Of a DNA stretch of 64,000 nucleotides, positions 48,119-59,673 are shown piece after piece (position 1 is the stretch's first letter; each line of letters begins with the position of its first letter). Under the pieces are notes generated by a model that saw only the letters and a list, made by a program, of their open reading frames with translations, ran no database searches and had not been told where the DNA came from. Source of the DNA: Malacoraja senta. Taxonomy: Eukaryota. The stretch covers positions 6,698,001 to 6,762,000 of the forward strand of contig CM075990.1 in NCBI GenBank assembly GCA_038087875.1, read 5' to 3'. The position numbers and the translations under genes are program-made.

Positions 48119-48834
48119 AGAACTATAACTATTCCACGACTACTGATTGTGACTCGGGGCTGGATGGCATTGTTTCAGGCCAAAGCTTCCGGTTGGCGTC
48201 GAGAATCTATCCTCCCTACTATTTGCCAAGGTAAATTCAATGCGCTGTACACCTAAGATTTTGCCAGTCGTTGCTAGATTAAAAATTCTGATTGCAATCT
48301 GGATATCAAGCTGTGGCGGCAGAGAGGTCCAGGTGCAACCATGGAAGGACATGTAGAGGACATCATGGGAGGGGGGGGGGGGCGAAATGTGGCAAATGTA
48401 GATGGTTGCTATTGCATTGGGTCCCTGTGAAATACACCACTGATTAGTCACACCTTGAATTTGGAAGAAGATGAATTGTCAATTTGATTTCGTAAGGATA
48501 AAATATGAGTAAACACGAGGCCAGTGGGTATGGTGGTGGCACAATGCTTGCTTTGCTACATTTATAATTCAGAAATCTGGACAAGCAATGCAGAACATTG
48601 AGTTCTAATCCCATCGCTCCAGTTTTGGAATGTAATCCCAATTAATAATCTGGAGTTTGGATACGACAACGGCACATCTTGGTAGAAATGACCACGAATA
48701 CAGATGTGTAGGAAGGATGCTGGTTAAAACCGAAGATAGATACAAAAAGCTGGAGTAACTCTGCGGGACAGGCAGCATCTCTGGAGAGAAGGAATGGGTG
48801 ACCTTTCGGGTCGAGACCCTTCTTCAGACGATTG

Positions 48835-49680
48835 GGTTAAGAGAAGCGTTTGATGGCTATGGGCCTGGAGTTTAGAAGAATGAGGGGGAATCTAATTGAA
48901 ACCGACCGTAAGACCCTCGGGGAGTGAACCTTTGGAGCTCTCTGCCCTGGAGGGGTGCAGTGGCTCCCGTGACTACAACCACTTAAAACAAATATCATTG
49001 CAATTCTTGGCATTGAGGTAATCAAAGGATATGGAGATAATGAAGGAAAAGAACACTGAGAAGGAAGATTTGCCATGATTGCAACGAATGTCCAGAGGAC
49101 ATAGGTTTAAGGTTTAAGGTGATGGGGAAAATATTTAATTGGAATCTGAGGGGTCACCTTTTCACACAAAGGGCGGTGGGTGTATGGAATGAGCTGCCAG
49201 AGGAGGTAGTTGAGGCAAGGACTATTGCAAGGTTTAAGAAACAGAGAGGTACGTAGATAGGACAGATTTAGAAGGATATTTACTGATTACTGTTTACTGT
49301 TGTGTGGTGTCTTTTTTTAAATTGCTTTTTTTCCTTTTTCTTCACTCCCTCCCCTCAAATATGTAATATGTGAATATGTGATTCTGTTCCATTCTGTTTG
49401 TAGTTTGTTTGTTTTTTTGCACAATCCGCGAGCATTGCCACTTTTCATTTCACTGCACATCTCGTATGTGTATGTGACGAATAAACTTGACTTGACTTGA
49501 CTTGATATGGGTCAAATATGGACAGATGGGACGAGTGTAGATGGGACATGTTGGCCAGTGTGGGCAAGTTGGGCCAAAGGGTCTGTTTCCACGCTGTATG
49601 GATCTATGATTCCATCACTCCATGACTCTATGAATGGTGGAGCAGGCTCGGAGGGCTGAATGGCCAGCCCATGCTTCTAT
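48835..49680 (+). mobile_element. Nested CR1 3' fragments with a Rex1-type (tgact)n-tailed insert at about 49280-49505
   Basis: CR1 motifs on both sides; insert ends catttcactgcacatc..gtgacgaataaa(cttga)n. Confidence 0.7.
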
Positions 49681-49746
49681 TCTTACCAACATAGCTAGTA
49701 CACGTTCTGCAAAGGACATTTCTGCAAGGTTCTGCAAAGGACATTT

Positions 49747-50147
49747 TTTATTTTAATTTAAATTTTTTATTTTTTATTTATTAGAAGTACATTACATTAC
49801 AACCACATACATTAGTACTCGTCACTTATGTCTTCTTACAATTAATGTACTCCATTTGTTTTTTACACTAGTAAAAGGAAAAGATAAGATTGAAAGAAAG
49901 AAGAAAGTGAAGGAAAAAGTGAGAGTGTAGAAAATGTGACAACAAAAAAGGACGAAGACCCTATAAGAACAAAATTAAAAAAAAAAGAAAAAGAGTTAAG
50001 AAATAGACCCTAGAAAAGAAGGAGAAAGAGAAAGAGGAAAAAGAGAGAAACAAATATTTTTAATGAGCATTACGCAAATGGGACATACCAACTCTTCAAC
50101 TATCATCCCCCCTTACCTGACCTCAATTTTTTTTAAGGTACCTTTGC
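49747..50147 (-). mobile_element. 5'-truncated poly(A)-type retroposon (L1/Tx1-like 3' UTR)
   Basis: 15-bp TSD ctgcaaaggacattt / ctgcaaagggcattt (49732-49746, 50148-50162); T-rich tail on the plus strand. Confidence 0.7.
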
Positions 50148-50213
50148 CTGCAAAGGGCATTTCTACGACCTACTTGATTTCTTCTCTTCACTTATACCAA
50201 GTTCAATACGTAG

Positions 50214-50525
50214 GGTGTCACGGTGGCGCAGCGGTAGAGTTGCTACCTTACAGCGCCACAACCCAGGTTCAACCCTGACTACGGGTGCTGTCTGTATGGA
50301 GTTTGCATGTTCTCCCCGTGACTAGGTGGGTTTTTCCCCAGATGCTCCGGTTTCCGCCCACACTCCAAAGACGAAGAGGTTTGTAGATTAATTTGGCTTC
50401 GATAAAAATTGTAGATTGTCCCAGGTGTGTGTAGGATAGTGCTAGTGTACGGGGATCGCTGGTCGGCGCGGACTCGGTGGGCTGAAAGGCCTGTTTCCGC
50501 GCTGTATCTCTAAACTAAAGTAAAG
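50214..50525 (+). mobile_element. HE1/V-SINE-like SINE
   Basis: Full copy. Confidence 0.9.
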
Positions 50526-51075
50526 TCTGTCCCTTGTTTGAGAGTCAGCCTGATCCTATAAATAGTCCGTAGCTTAAGGGCTGGAAAACTGATAGATATG
50601 TTAAGAACTAACTCCAACGTTCCAACTCACCGCTGAGAATTGGAGAGGCTTCAAAGAGACAGCCTTGTACATGGTAATCATTAATATCCAGCATGAATGA
50701 AATTAGAGAGTACAATAACATATATTAGTCATCACATAGAGAATGTTTAAGGCTTGTGTACCCTTACAGGACCGGAAATGTACTGCTGGTGAGGGCCAGT
50801 GGTTGATGGTTTATCATTAACAGTGTTTGATCACCACCAACTCCCCCCAACCACCCCCCATCTTCTCTGCGACTTAAGCTGTTATCTTCTCCGTTTCCTT
50901 GCTCTGACAATGGATCTTGGACATCTCTCTCCGCAGATGTTGCCTTACCTGCTGAGTTTAGTTTAGAGATACAGTGCAGAAACAGGCCCTTCGGCCCACT
51001 GAGTCCGTGCCGACCAGCAATCCCCGCACATTAACACTGCCCTACACACACCAAGGACAATTTTTTTTACATTTA

Positions 51076-52690
51076 CAGTGGCTTGCAAAAGTATTCATAC
51101 CCCTTGAACTTTTCCACATTTTGTCACGTTACAACCACAAACGTAAATGTATTTTATTGGGATTTTATTTGATAGACCAACACAAAGTGGTGCATAATTG
51201 TGAAGTGGAAGGAAAATGATACGTGGTTTTCAAAGTTTTTTACAAATAAAAAATTGAAAAGTGTGGCGTGCAAAAGTATTCAGCCCCCCTGAGTCAATAC
51301 TTTGTAGAACCATCTTTCGCTGCAATTACAGCTGCAAGTCTTTTGGGGTATGTCTCTACCAGCTTTGCACATATAGGGACTGAAATTTTTGTCCATTCTT
51401 CTTTGCAAAATAGCTCAAGCTCAGTCAGATTGGATGGAGAGCGTCTGTGAACAGCAATTTTCAAGTCTTGCCAGAGATTCTCAATTGGATTTAGGTCTGG
51501 TCTTTGACTGGGCCATTCTAACACATGAATATGCTTTGATCTAAACCATTCCATTGTAGCTCTGGCTGTATGTTTAGGGTCGTTGTCCTGCTGGAAGGTG
51601 AACCTCCGCCCCAGTCTCAAGTCTTTTTCAGACTCTAACAGGTTTTCTTCCAAGATTGCCCTGTATTTGGCTCCATCCATCTTCCCATCAACTCTGACCA
51701 GCTTCCCTGTCCCTGCTGAAGAAAAGCATCCCCACAGCATGATGCTGCCACCACCATGTTTCACAGTGGGGATGTTGTGTTCATGGTGATATGCAATGTT
51801 AGTTTTCCACCACACATAGCGTTTTGCATTTAGGCCAAAAACTTCAATTTTGGTCTCATCTGACCAGAGCACCTTCCTCCACATGTTTGCTGTGCCCCCA
51901 CATGGCTTGTGGCAAACTGCAAATGGGACTTCTTATGGCTTTATTTCAACAATGGCTTTCTTCTTGCCACTCTTCCATAAAGGGACGATTTGTGGAGTGC
52001 ACGACTAATAGTTGTCCTGTGGACAGATTCTCCCACCTGAGCTGTGGATCTCTGCAGCTCCTCCAGAGTTACCATGGGCCTCTTGGCTGCTTCTCTGATC
52101 AATGCTCTCCTTGCCCGGCCTGTCAGTTTAGGTGGACGGCCATGTCTTGGTAGGTTTGCAGTTGTGCATACTCTTTTCATTTTCGGATGATGGATTGAAC
52201 AGTGCTCCGTGAGATGTTCAAAGCTTGGGATATTTGTTTATAACCTAACCCTGCTTTAAACTTCTCCACATCTTTATCCGTGACTTGTCTGGTGTGTTCC
52301 TTGGGCTTCATGATGCTGTTTGTTCACTAATGTTCTCTAACAAACCTCTGAGGCCTTCTCAGAACAGCTGTATTTATACTGAGATTAGATTACACACAAG
52401 TGGACTCTATTTACTAATTAGGTGACTTCTGAAGGCAATTGGTTGCATTGGATTTTATTTAGGGGTATCAGAGTAAAGGGTGCTGAATACTTTTGCACGC
52501 CACACTTTTCAGTTTTTTATTTGTAAAAAAAATTGAAAACCATGTATCATTTTCCTTCCACTTCACAATTATGCGCCACTTTGTGTTGGTCTATCACATA
52601 AAATCCCAATAAAATACATTTACATTTGTGGTTGTAACGTGACAAAATGTGGAAAAGTTCAAGGGGTATGAATACTTTTGCAAGCCACTG
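51076..52690 (-). mobile_element. Full-length Tc1 (DD34E, IR/DR-type) DNA transposon
   Basis: About 210-bp TIRs starting cagtggcttgcaaaagtattcatacccc, inner repeat tgcaaaagtattca; TA TSD at 51074-51075 and 52691-52692. Confidence 0.97.
51294..52311 (-). pseudogene. Tc1 transposase (about 339 aa reconstructed) with 2 stops and 2 frameshifts
   Basis: MKPKEHTRQV..GLGYKQIS..GRPPKL; WSDETK, QQDNDPKH, DLNPIENLW with 34-residue D-E spacing. Confidence 0.95.
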
Positions 52691-53344
52691 TATACCAAGC
52701 CGATTGACCTACTAACCTGTACGTCTTTGGAGCGTGGGAGGAAAACGAAGATCTCTGAGAAAACCCACGCAGGTCACGGGGAGAACGTACAAACTCACTA
52801 CAGACAGCACCGGTAGTCAGGATTGAACTCGGGTCTCCGCTGCGCCACTGTGCCGCTTTTTTATTTCAGACTTCTGGCATCTGCATTTTTAAAATTAAAT
52901 TTCATCCACCACTATGCATGAGTTGTGGGCTCAATGGAGCCATTAGAGGGGCCTTGGATAGGTAACATTAAGGTAGCAACCAGCATCCAATCACGAGCAG
53001 GTTTATTGATACGTGGAATGCCTGGGGCTCCTTGAAGCCAAGAACGCAGCAATATAATCCTACATTTCCCAATTATTCTCTCATGGGCTCTGCTTAGATT
53101 TTCCATTAATTTCCCCTGGCCTTGTTTATTACTGAAATCATTTGTAATCGCAGCTTTGCTTTATTGATGTTAGTTCTATTCCAGTTGCCAAGACACTTAT
53201 AAGACACGATGCTTCCAATAGGAAACATAAAACTGGAAGCTTGGATGAACTGCTAAAACCAATCAGCATACAAGGCGTAAGTACTTGTGGACAATGTTAT
53301 TGTACGTGTTGGCCACTTGGAGAGAAAATTAGGAGTCAAACTTA

Positions 53345-53635
53345 CATTTAGACTTTATACTTTAGAGATACAGCGTGGAAACAGACCCTTCGGCTCACCT
53401 GCTCCACGCCGACCCGTGATCAACCCGTACACTAGCACTATCCTACACACTGGAGACAATTTACACTTTTTTACCAAAGCCAATTAACCCCACAAAGCTG
53501 TACATCTTTTGGAGTGTGGGGGGAAACTGGAGAAAACCCACATAGTCAAAGGGAGAACTTACAAGCTCCGTAAAGACAGCACCCATAGTCAGGATCAAAC
53601 CCGGGTCTCTAGCGCTGTGCCCCACTGTGCCGCCC
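53345..53635 (-). mobile_element. HE1/V-SINE-like SINE
   Basis: Family sequence, minus strand. Confidence 0.85.
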
Positions 53636-53864
53636 TTTACTCGAATGATTAATTTTATAACATAAAGGGCACTCTTCCTACCAGGGAATTTCTATTGTTA
53701 AAGAGACATAAATATTTGAGAATACATTGTTCCCCAAACTGATTGCAAATTTGGACTTTAGATCCAGTTTTTAGAATATGCTTCTCGTGACAAATGTGAA
53801 AATGCAGAATTAATTTTTTTCATTTTTATACCCAAAACTTTATCTTCCAAGGTGTAAAAAAGTT

Positions 53865-54030
53865 GAGGCAGAGATAGATAGATTCTTGATTAGGACGGGT
53901 GTCAGGGGTTATGGGGAGAAGGCAGGAGAATGGGGTTAGGAGGAAGAGATAGATCAGCCATGATTGAATGACGAAGTAGACTTGATGGGCCGAATGGCCT
54001 AATTCTGCTCCTATCATTTATGACCTTATG
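53865..54030 (+). mobile_element. CR1 3' tail
   Basis: aggcagagatagatagattcttgatt..gggccgaatggcctaattctgctcc. Confidence 0.85.
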
Positions 54031-54512
54031 ACCTACACAAGCTAAAACCAAATAAATTTGACCCGGGGCAGATTTTATTCCGAACATAATGTATGTAATT
54101 CTTCTTCGGCCCCCCTCGGTCATGGCTGACCATGGGTGTCTCCAGGGTGTTATCCCTATATGGAGGACGCCTGTGCGTGACTTTGTTTAACGTGGGGAGA
54201 CTGATGCACAGACAGCCACCCCACGGTCCTTGACAGATCTCGGTCAGGATCCAGTGGCATGGAGTCCAAGACGACCGGAGACCCTTTTCTGCTGCAGCTT
54301 TCATCCACCTTCCCAGCCGTTGTGACGCTCCACAAAGGTCAGCCATCATCCTCCTCCTGTTCCACCGTTGAGGTCTTGGTTGGATTGCTCTTTGTTAGAG
54401 ACCTCCCCCTCGACCTTACCACAATGGGTGGCCCTTCCAGGAACATAGCTCCAGACGGCATCGCTCTCAGGATCTCAGGTCCACACAAGCTTCTCCACCA
54501 CGACAAGGTGAC

Positions 54513-54650
54513 TTCTTCTTCTTGCATATGGCGTGCACAGCCTAAAGTTGTAAGACAACTTGTTCTGTTTGATCTTCTCTTTGTGCACGCCAGGTGGATT
54601 GCATTCGTTGAAACAGGGTGGACCACGTGAAGGTTGCAATCGCCCACCCC
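54513..54650 (-). mobile_element. Short ribozyme-headed retroposon, family A (138 bp)
   Basis: Perfect 11-bp TSD gacaaggtgac (54502-54512, 54651-54661); (gaa)n tail. Confidence 0.92.
54597..54650 (-). ncRNA. HDV/CPEB3-like ribozyme fold (54 nt)
   Basis: GGGGUGG-GC-GAUUGCA-ACC-UUCACGU-GGU-CCACCCU-GUUUCAA-CGAA-UGCAAUC: P1 7 bp with G1-U, P2 7 bp, P3 3 bp, J4/2 CGAA. Confidence 0.9.
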
Positions 54651-55876
54651 GACAAGGTGACAATCCACGGAGAAGATGTATGTAATAAAAAGCTGCAAAT
54701 GCTATAACTCGGTGATCAGGCAGCATCTATGGCAAACATGGACAGGTGACTTTTGGGGTCCAGAGGGGACCCTAGAATTATCTTTAATCAGACTTTACTG
54801 GACTTTAACTTACAGTAAACATTATTCCCTTTATCCTGTATCAATGCAACTACCTGTGACAGGACGGATATACAAAGAACTGCAGATGCCAGTTTAAAAC
54901 AAAAAAAGAACAAAGTGCCAGAGTAGTTCAGCGGGTCAGGCAGCATCACTGGAGAATGTAGATAGGTGACGCTTTGTGTTGGGACCTTTCTTCAGACCCG
55001 GGAGAGTGAAGGTTTGAGGTTCGTGCGGACAGTTTTGAGCGTGCATGAAACTCTGAAGATAGCATTGAAGAATATGTAACACAATATGTTCACAGTTCTG
55101 AAAACAAATATGTTGAAACAACAATTTTGGTACAGAATGTGAAGCCAGATGTGCTTGAAGCCTATGTGGAGAAGTAAATAATTAGAATGACTCATGCCTG
55201 GAGGTGGTATCTCAGAGTGCCAAATGTAACTGGCAGCGAAGAATTCAATGAACAGAGAGACCAAGATATCCAGAGAATTAATGGTTTGAATTTTCCAGTG
55301 CATATTGGCGTAAATAGTTAACCATGCATAATTGTTTGTATTCAAGTGGTTAATGGTCTGTGTGGGGGTTTTCGTTTGTTTTATAGAGTTATGGTGGCAC
55401 AGGGTAGCAGTGGTAGAGTTGCTGCCTTACAACGCCAGAGTCCCAGGATCGATTTTGACTATCAGTACGGAATTTGTACGTTCTCCCTGTGACCGCATAA
55501 TTTGTATAGGAAAAAAAAGGCCTAAATTGATGTTTCTGCGACAACAGAACTGCAAAAAAAAAGAAAGTTTGCCAGTATATAATAGTCCCAGGAAGGAGTG
55601 GGATGGAGGAAGGTTGGTGATATGCAGAACTAGATGGGGATGGGATAATGAGCAGGTGAAACAAGATGGATGGAAGGAGGAGGCAATGGGAAGGGTGAAC
55701 AAATGGAAAAGAAAACTAGGTGTTTCAGAGCAAATGGCTGTGCTGTGGTTTGGGTTTGTGGCAACTGTTAATTGAATGTAATTTCATTTATTAATATTAA
55801 TTTTCACATAACGACTCTACCACAAATATTTCACTGCCTGCTAACCTGAGAAGCAGATGTTTGATCTGAATGTTTA

Positions 55877-56052
55877 AGAAGGAACTGCAGATGCTGGAAA
55901 ATCGAAGGTAGACAAAAATGCTGGAGAAACTCAGCGGGTGAGGCAGCATCAATGGAGTCTGAAGAAGGGTTTCGAACCGAAACGTTGCCTGTTTCCTTCG
56001 CTCCATAGATGCTCCCTCACCCGCTGAGTTTCTCCAGTATTTTTGTCTACCT
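55877..56052. mobile_element. Penelope-like palindrome with hammerhead-like core at 55959-55986
   Basis: gtagacaaaaatgctggagaaactcagcgggtgag ... ctcacccgctgagtttctccagtatttttgtctac; flanked by a tgtttgatctgaatgt direct repeat. Confidence 0.75.
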
Positions 56053-56284
56053 CCTGTTTGATCTGAATGTCCAGGTTTGGGTTTTACCTGCTCTGTACCC
56101 AGCCTGGAACCAGTCCAAACTCCAAGCGGTAGGGCTCACTTTAAGGTAGAAGGAGTTATTCTGGAGTTACAGAACAACCTGAAGATCTCGGAGATCTCAT
56201 AATTCAACCGCGTTTCTGAACTTACAACTTGTTATTTTCCAAATGTTCTTTATATCAGGACAGGTCCGTGGATAGGAACGATTT

Positions 56285-56700
56285 AGCTGAGAGGTACAAC
56301 ATGGAAATGGTCCCTTCGGCCCACCCAGTCCGCGCTGACCATCGATCACCCATTCACACGAGTTTCTGTGCTATATCTCACTTTCTCATCCACTCCTTAC
56401 ACTCTAGGGGCAATTGATAGAAGCCATTTAATCTACAAACACAACGGTTTTGGGGATGTGGGAGGAAACCAGAGCACTCAGAGGTACCCGTCATGGTCAC
56501 AGGGAGGACGTGCGTACTCCACATAAACTGAACGCAATGTCAGGTTGCACCGAAGATGGACACAAAAAGCTGGAGTAACTCAGCGGGACAGGCAGCATCT
56601 CTGGAGTGAAGGAATGGGTGATGTTTCGTGCCGAGACCCTTCATCCCTGGTCTCTGGTGTTGTAAGGCAGCAACTCGATCAGATGTGCCACTGTGCTAGC
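56285..56700 (-). mobile_element. HE1/V-SINE-like SINE containing a Penelope-like arm (about 56550-56645)
   Basis: Family sequences, nested. Confidence 0.7.
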
Positions 56701-57594
56701 CTCAAAGCGATATGGGACAGGCGTGGGCAAATGGCACCAACTTGGATGGGGCATCATGGTCAGCTTGAACAAATTGGGCCAAAGGGCCTTTCTCCATGTA
56801 GTATAACTCTCTGACCACTGCAAACGCAGACCACTGGCAGGGTGCAGTGAAGCAATGTTTTTATACCCTGACATTCAATAATCCGAGGATGCAGCGGATG
56901 TTATGTTTATGCAGCTTGCGAGGTGCCTGCACACAGCTGTGTTCTGTAGCTGGACTTAGAGAGTGCATGACAGTTGCGGCTTGGCTTGTGGTCTATAACA
57001 TGCAAGCATTGATATTAAACAGCACTGCTTTATTGCAGCAGGAAACCTCCGGTGTATTGAACTAGAAAGTTTATGGGAGACGACAAAGTTGGAAAAGTGC
57101 TGTATCAGTGTCACAATGAATAACCAACAAAGAAAAATAGAGAAATTCTCCAATATCTCAAGATTATCCAACATTGTCTACCAGCATCGATAACATAGAT
57201 AAATATTTATTGATAGCGGTGTTTCGGCTTCATGTGGATATGATTTGCATAAGAAATATTGAGCATCGAAAGAATAAAGTTTTGCATTTATGTAACCTTG
57301 TCTTCAAATAGAAAGACTGCATGGATTATTATTGCCAATCACCTCCCACCAGTAAAACACAGATAGGAAAGGTTTAGGGAAGTGATGTTGGCTAGACATC
57401 ACTTCCCTGCAAGTGGGCAAGTAGGACTCGTTCTTTCAGGCAATATGGTCGGCATGGGTGAGTTGGGCCTTGGGCCTGTGTTCATGTGGTGTAGCACTAA
57501 GACTAATTGTGATAAGGATTCTTTGACCAGAAACATTAGCTCTATTTCTCTCTTCACAAAAGCTACCTGAGTATTTTCAGTAACCTCATTTTGA

Positions 57595-57780
57595 CAGCAT
57601 CTCTGGAGGAAAGGATTAGGTGACGTTTCGGGTCGAGACCCATCTCCAGAAGACCCTTCTTCTCAGCCCGAAATGTCACCTATCCCTTTCCTCCAGAGAT
57701 GCTGCCTGAACCCGCTGAGTTACTCCCGATGTTTGTGTCTATCTTCAGTGTCAACCAGCATCTGCAGTTCCTTCCTGCAC
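57595..57780. mobile_element. Penelope-like palindrome
   Basis: cagcatctctggaggaaaggattaggtgacgtttcggg ... cccgaaatgtcacctatccctttcctccagagatgctg. Confidence 0.7.
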
Positions 57781-58439
57781 CTTTGTTTCGATTTCAGATT
57801 TGCAACATGTGCAGTATTTTAGCTTTACCTTGACCAGGAATTATTAGCTGACATTTTCCATTGGGTTGCAGTTTACCTTTAGCCTGTCAGTCCTTCACAG
57901 AAATAACACTTCATGTAATCTTAGCACTTGAGTATAAAGCTATGAATAGGCAGGAAAACAGGGAAAGATGGACCAGCTTGCCAATATGTAGCAGGTTTCC
58001 AGGTTAGATGAAAATAGGCCTTTCGGCCCACCAGGTTTATTCTGACCAGCGAATGCCCATTTACCTAATCTTACTTGAATCCCATTTTATTCTCCACACA
58101 TTCTCATCAGCTTTCATTATATTGGCACTTGCCCTACCTGCTCAAACAAGAAGTGTTTGGTAATTGGTAGAGGTATTGGTTGGTATTGGATTATTATTGT
58201 TACATGTACCGAGATACAATGGAAACTTTCTTTGTCTGCTACAGACAATGCTTTTGTACACTCAAGCCATGCATAAGATAGTGCAACGAGAAAAATACCA
58301 GAGTGCAGAATATAGTGGTGCAGCTTTATAGTGATTACAACTACAGAGAAAAAGTATAAGGCCCGCATTGGGAAGATTGGGGTTACACCCAAGCTTACGG
58401 GGCGATCGTTCAGTAGTCTCATACCTCTTCTGATGCAGC

Positions 58440-58820
58440 TAGAGTCATAGAGTGATACAGCGTGGAAACAGGCCCTTCGGCCCAACTTGCCCACACCAGC
58501 CAACATGTCCCAGCTGCACTGGTCCCACCTGCCTGCGTTTGGCCCATATCCCTCCAAACCTGTCTTATCCCTGTGCCTGTAGATCTGTTTCTTAAATGTT
58601 GGGATATTCCCTGCCTCAACTACCTCCTCTAGCAACCCTTTCCATACACCCACCACCCTTTGTGGGAAAGGTTTACCCCTCAGATTCCTATTAAATCTTT
58701 TCTCCTTCACCTAAAGCCTATGTCCTCTGGTCCTCGATTCACCTACTCTGGGCAAGAGACTCTGCGCATCTACCCGATCTATTCCTCTTGATTTTGTCCA
58801 CCTCTATAAGATCGCTTCTT
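58440..58820 (-). mobile_element. CR1 3' fragment
   Basis: KEKRFNRNLRGKPFPQRVVGVWKGLLEEVVEAG..FKKQI. Confidence 0.85.
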
Positions 58821-59673
58821 TATTCTCTCAACATAATTAAAGCATCACACCAGTGTTACATTCCAGACAAACTCTTTTAGGCCTCGACACTCTTCCGAAA
58901 GTTCAGAGAATTGGGCATGATAGTCCAGCCTGGAGAAGCAGCCACTTCACCTGTTTGTTGAGTAATGTTCCGTCATGGATTGTTGCAGCTGACCCAGTGC
59001 CATCTCATTTTAAGAACATTTAAAAAAAGTGGGAGCAAGGGGGGAGGCCATACTGCCCTTCTAGTCTGTTCTCCCATTTCATAAGATCACCTTTGACCTG
59101 TTTGTCTTTGACTCTATTTTCCTACCTGTTCTCCATAACCTTTTACCCCCGCACCAGAGGTCACGAGTTGCTAGGAGCATTCTACACCTGTCAAGCAGGT
59201 GTTACAGTATTTTAACTTGACGCCTTCTTAAATGTGCAAAGATTCTTGAAAAATCTGCTGTGAGGAATGTTTGAGAACTTTTTAATTCTCATTGATTTAT
59301 TTTACTTCCCTGTCTCGGAGAAGAGGAGACAAAGAGATGAAGCAATTCTCAGAGTATCGTGGTGCTCACTGTTCAGTCCTCGTGGAGCTGTACAGCACAG
59401 AAACAGGCCCTTTGGCCCACCATGTCTGTGCCGACCTTTGCACACATTTACACTTGTAATGTTTAGGGAGCAAATCTGTGGAGAAACTTTCAAAAAACAA
59501 AGGACATCACTTTTACTGATGAATATTGTCAATCTAATTAACAAATGTGACCATATCAGGGATGCTAACTTACAGAGTTTATTATAAAATGATGTACTCC
59601 CAGTGAAATAGCCTTCCCAAAAGAAATCAATTTTAGAAAGTCAGGCAAGCAAATATCTGGGCTGTGTGTGTGG

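Larger units (their letters stand above)
50955..52855 (-). mobile_element. HE1/V-SINE-like SINE split by Tc1
   Basis: Tail half 50955-51075 and head half 52691-52855 join across TA. Confidence 0.85.
54100..54675 (-). mobile_element. About 427-bp RTE-derived bipartite non-autonomous retroposon, plus nested insert
   Basis: Perfect 11-bp TSD atgtatgtaat (54089-54099, 54676-54686); 5' caccttgtcgtggtggag..gatcctgagagc resembles RTE (Expander/BovB-type) 5' ends; (gaa)n tail; no ORF. Confidence 0.8.
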
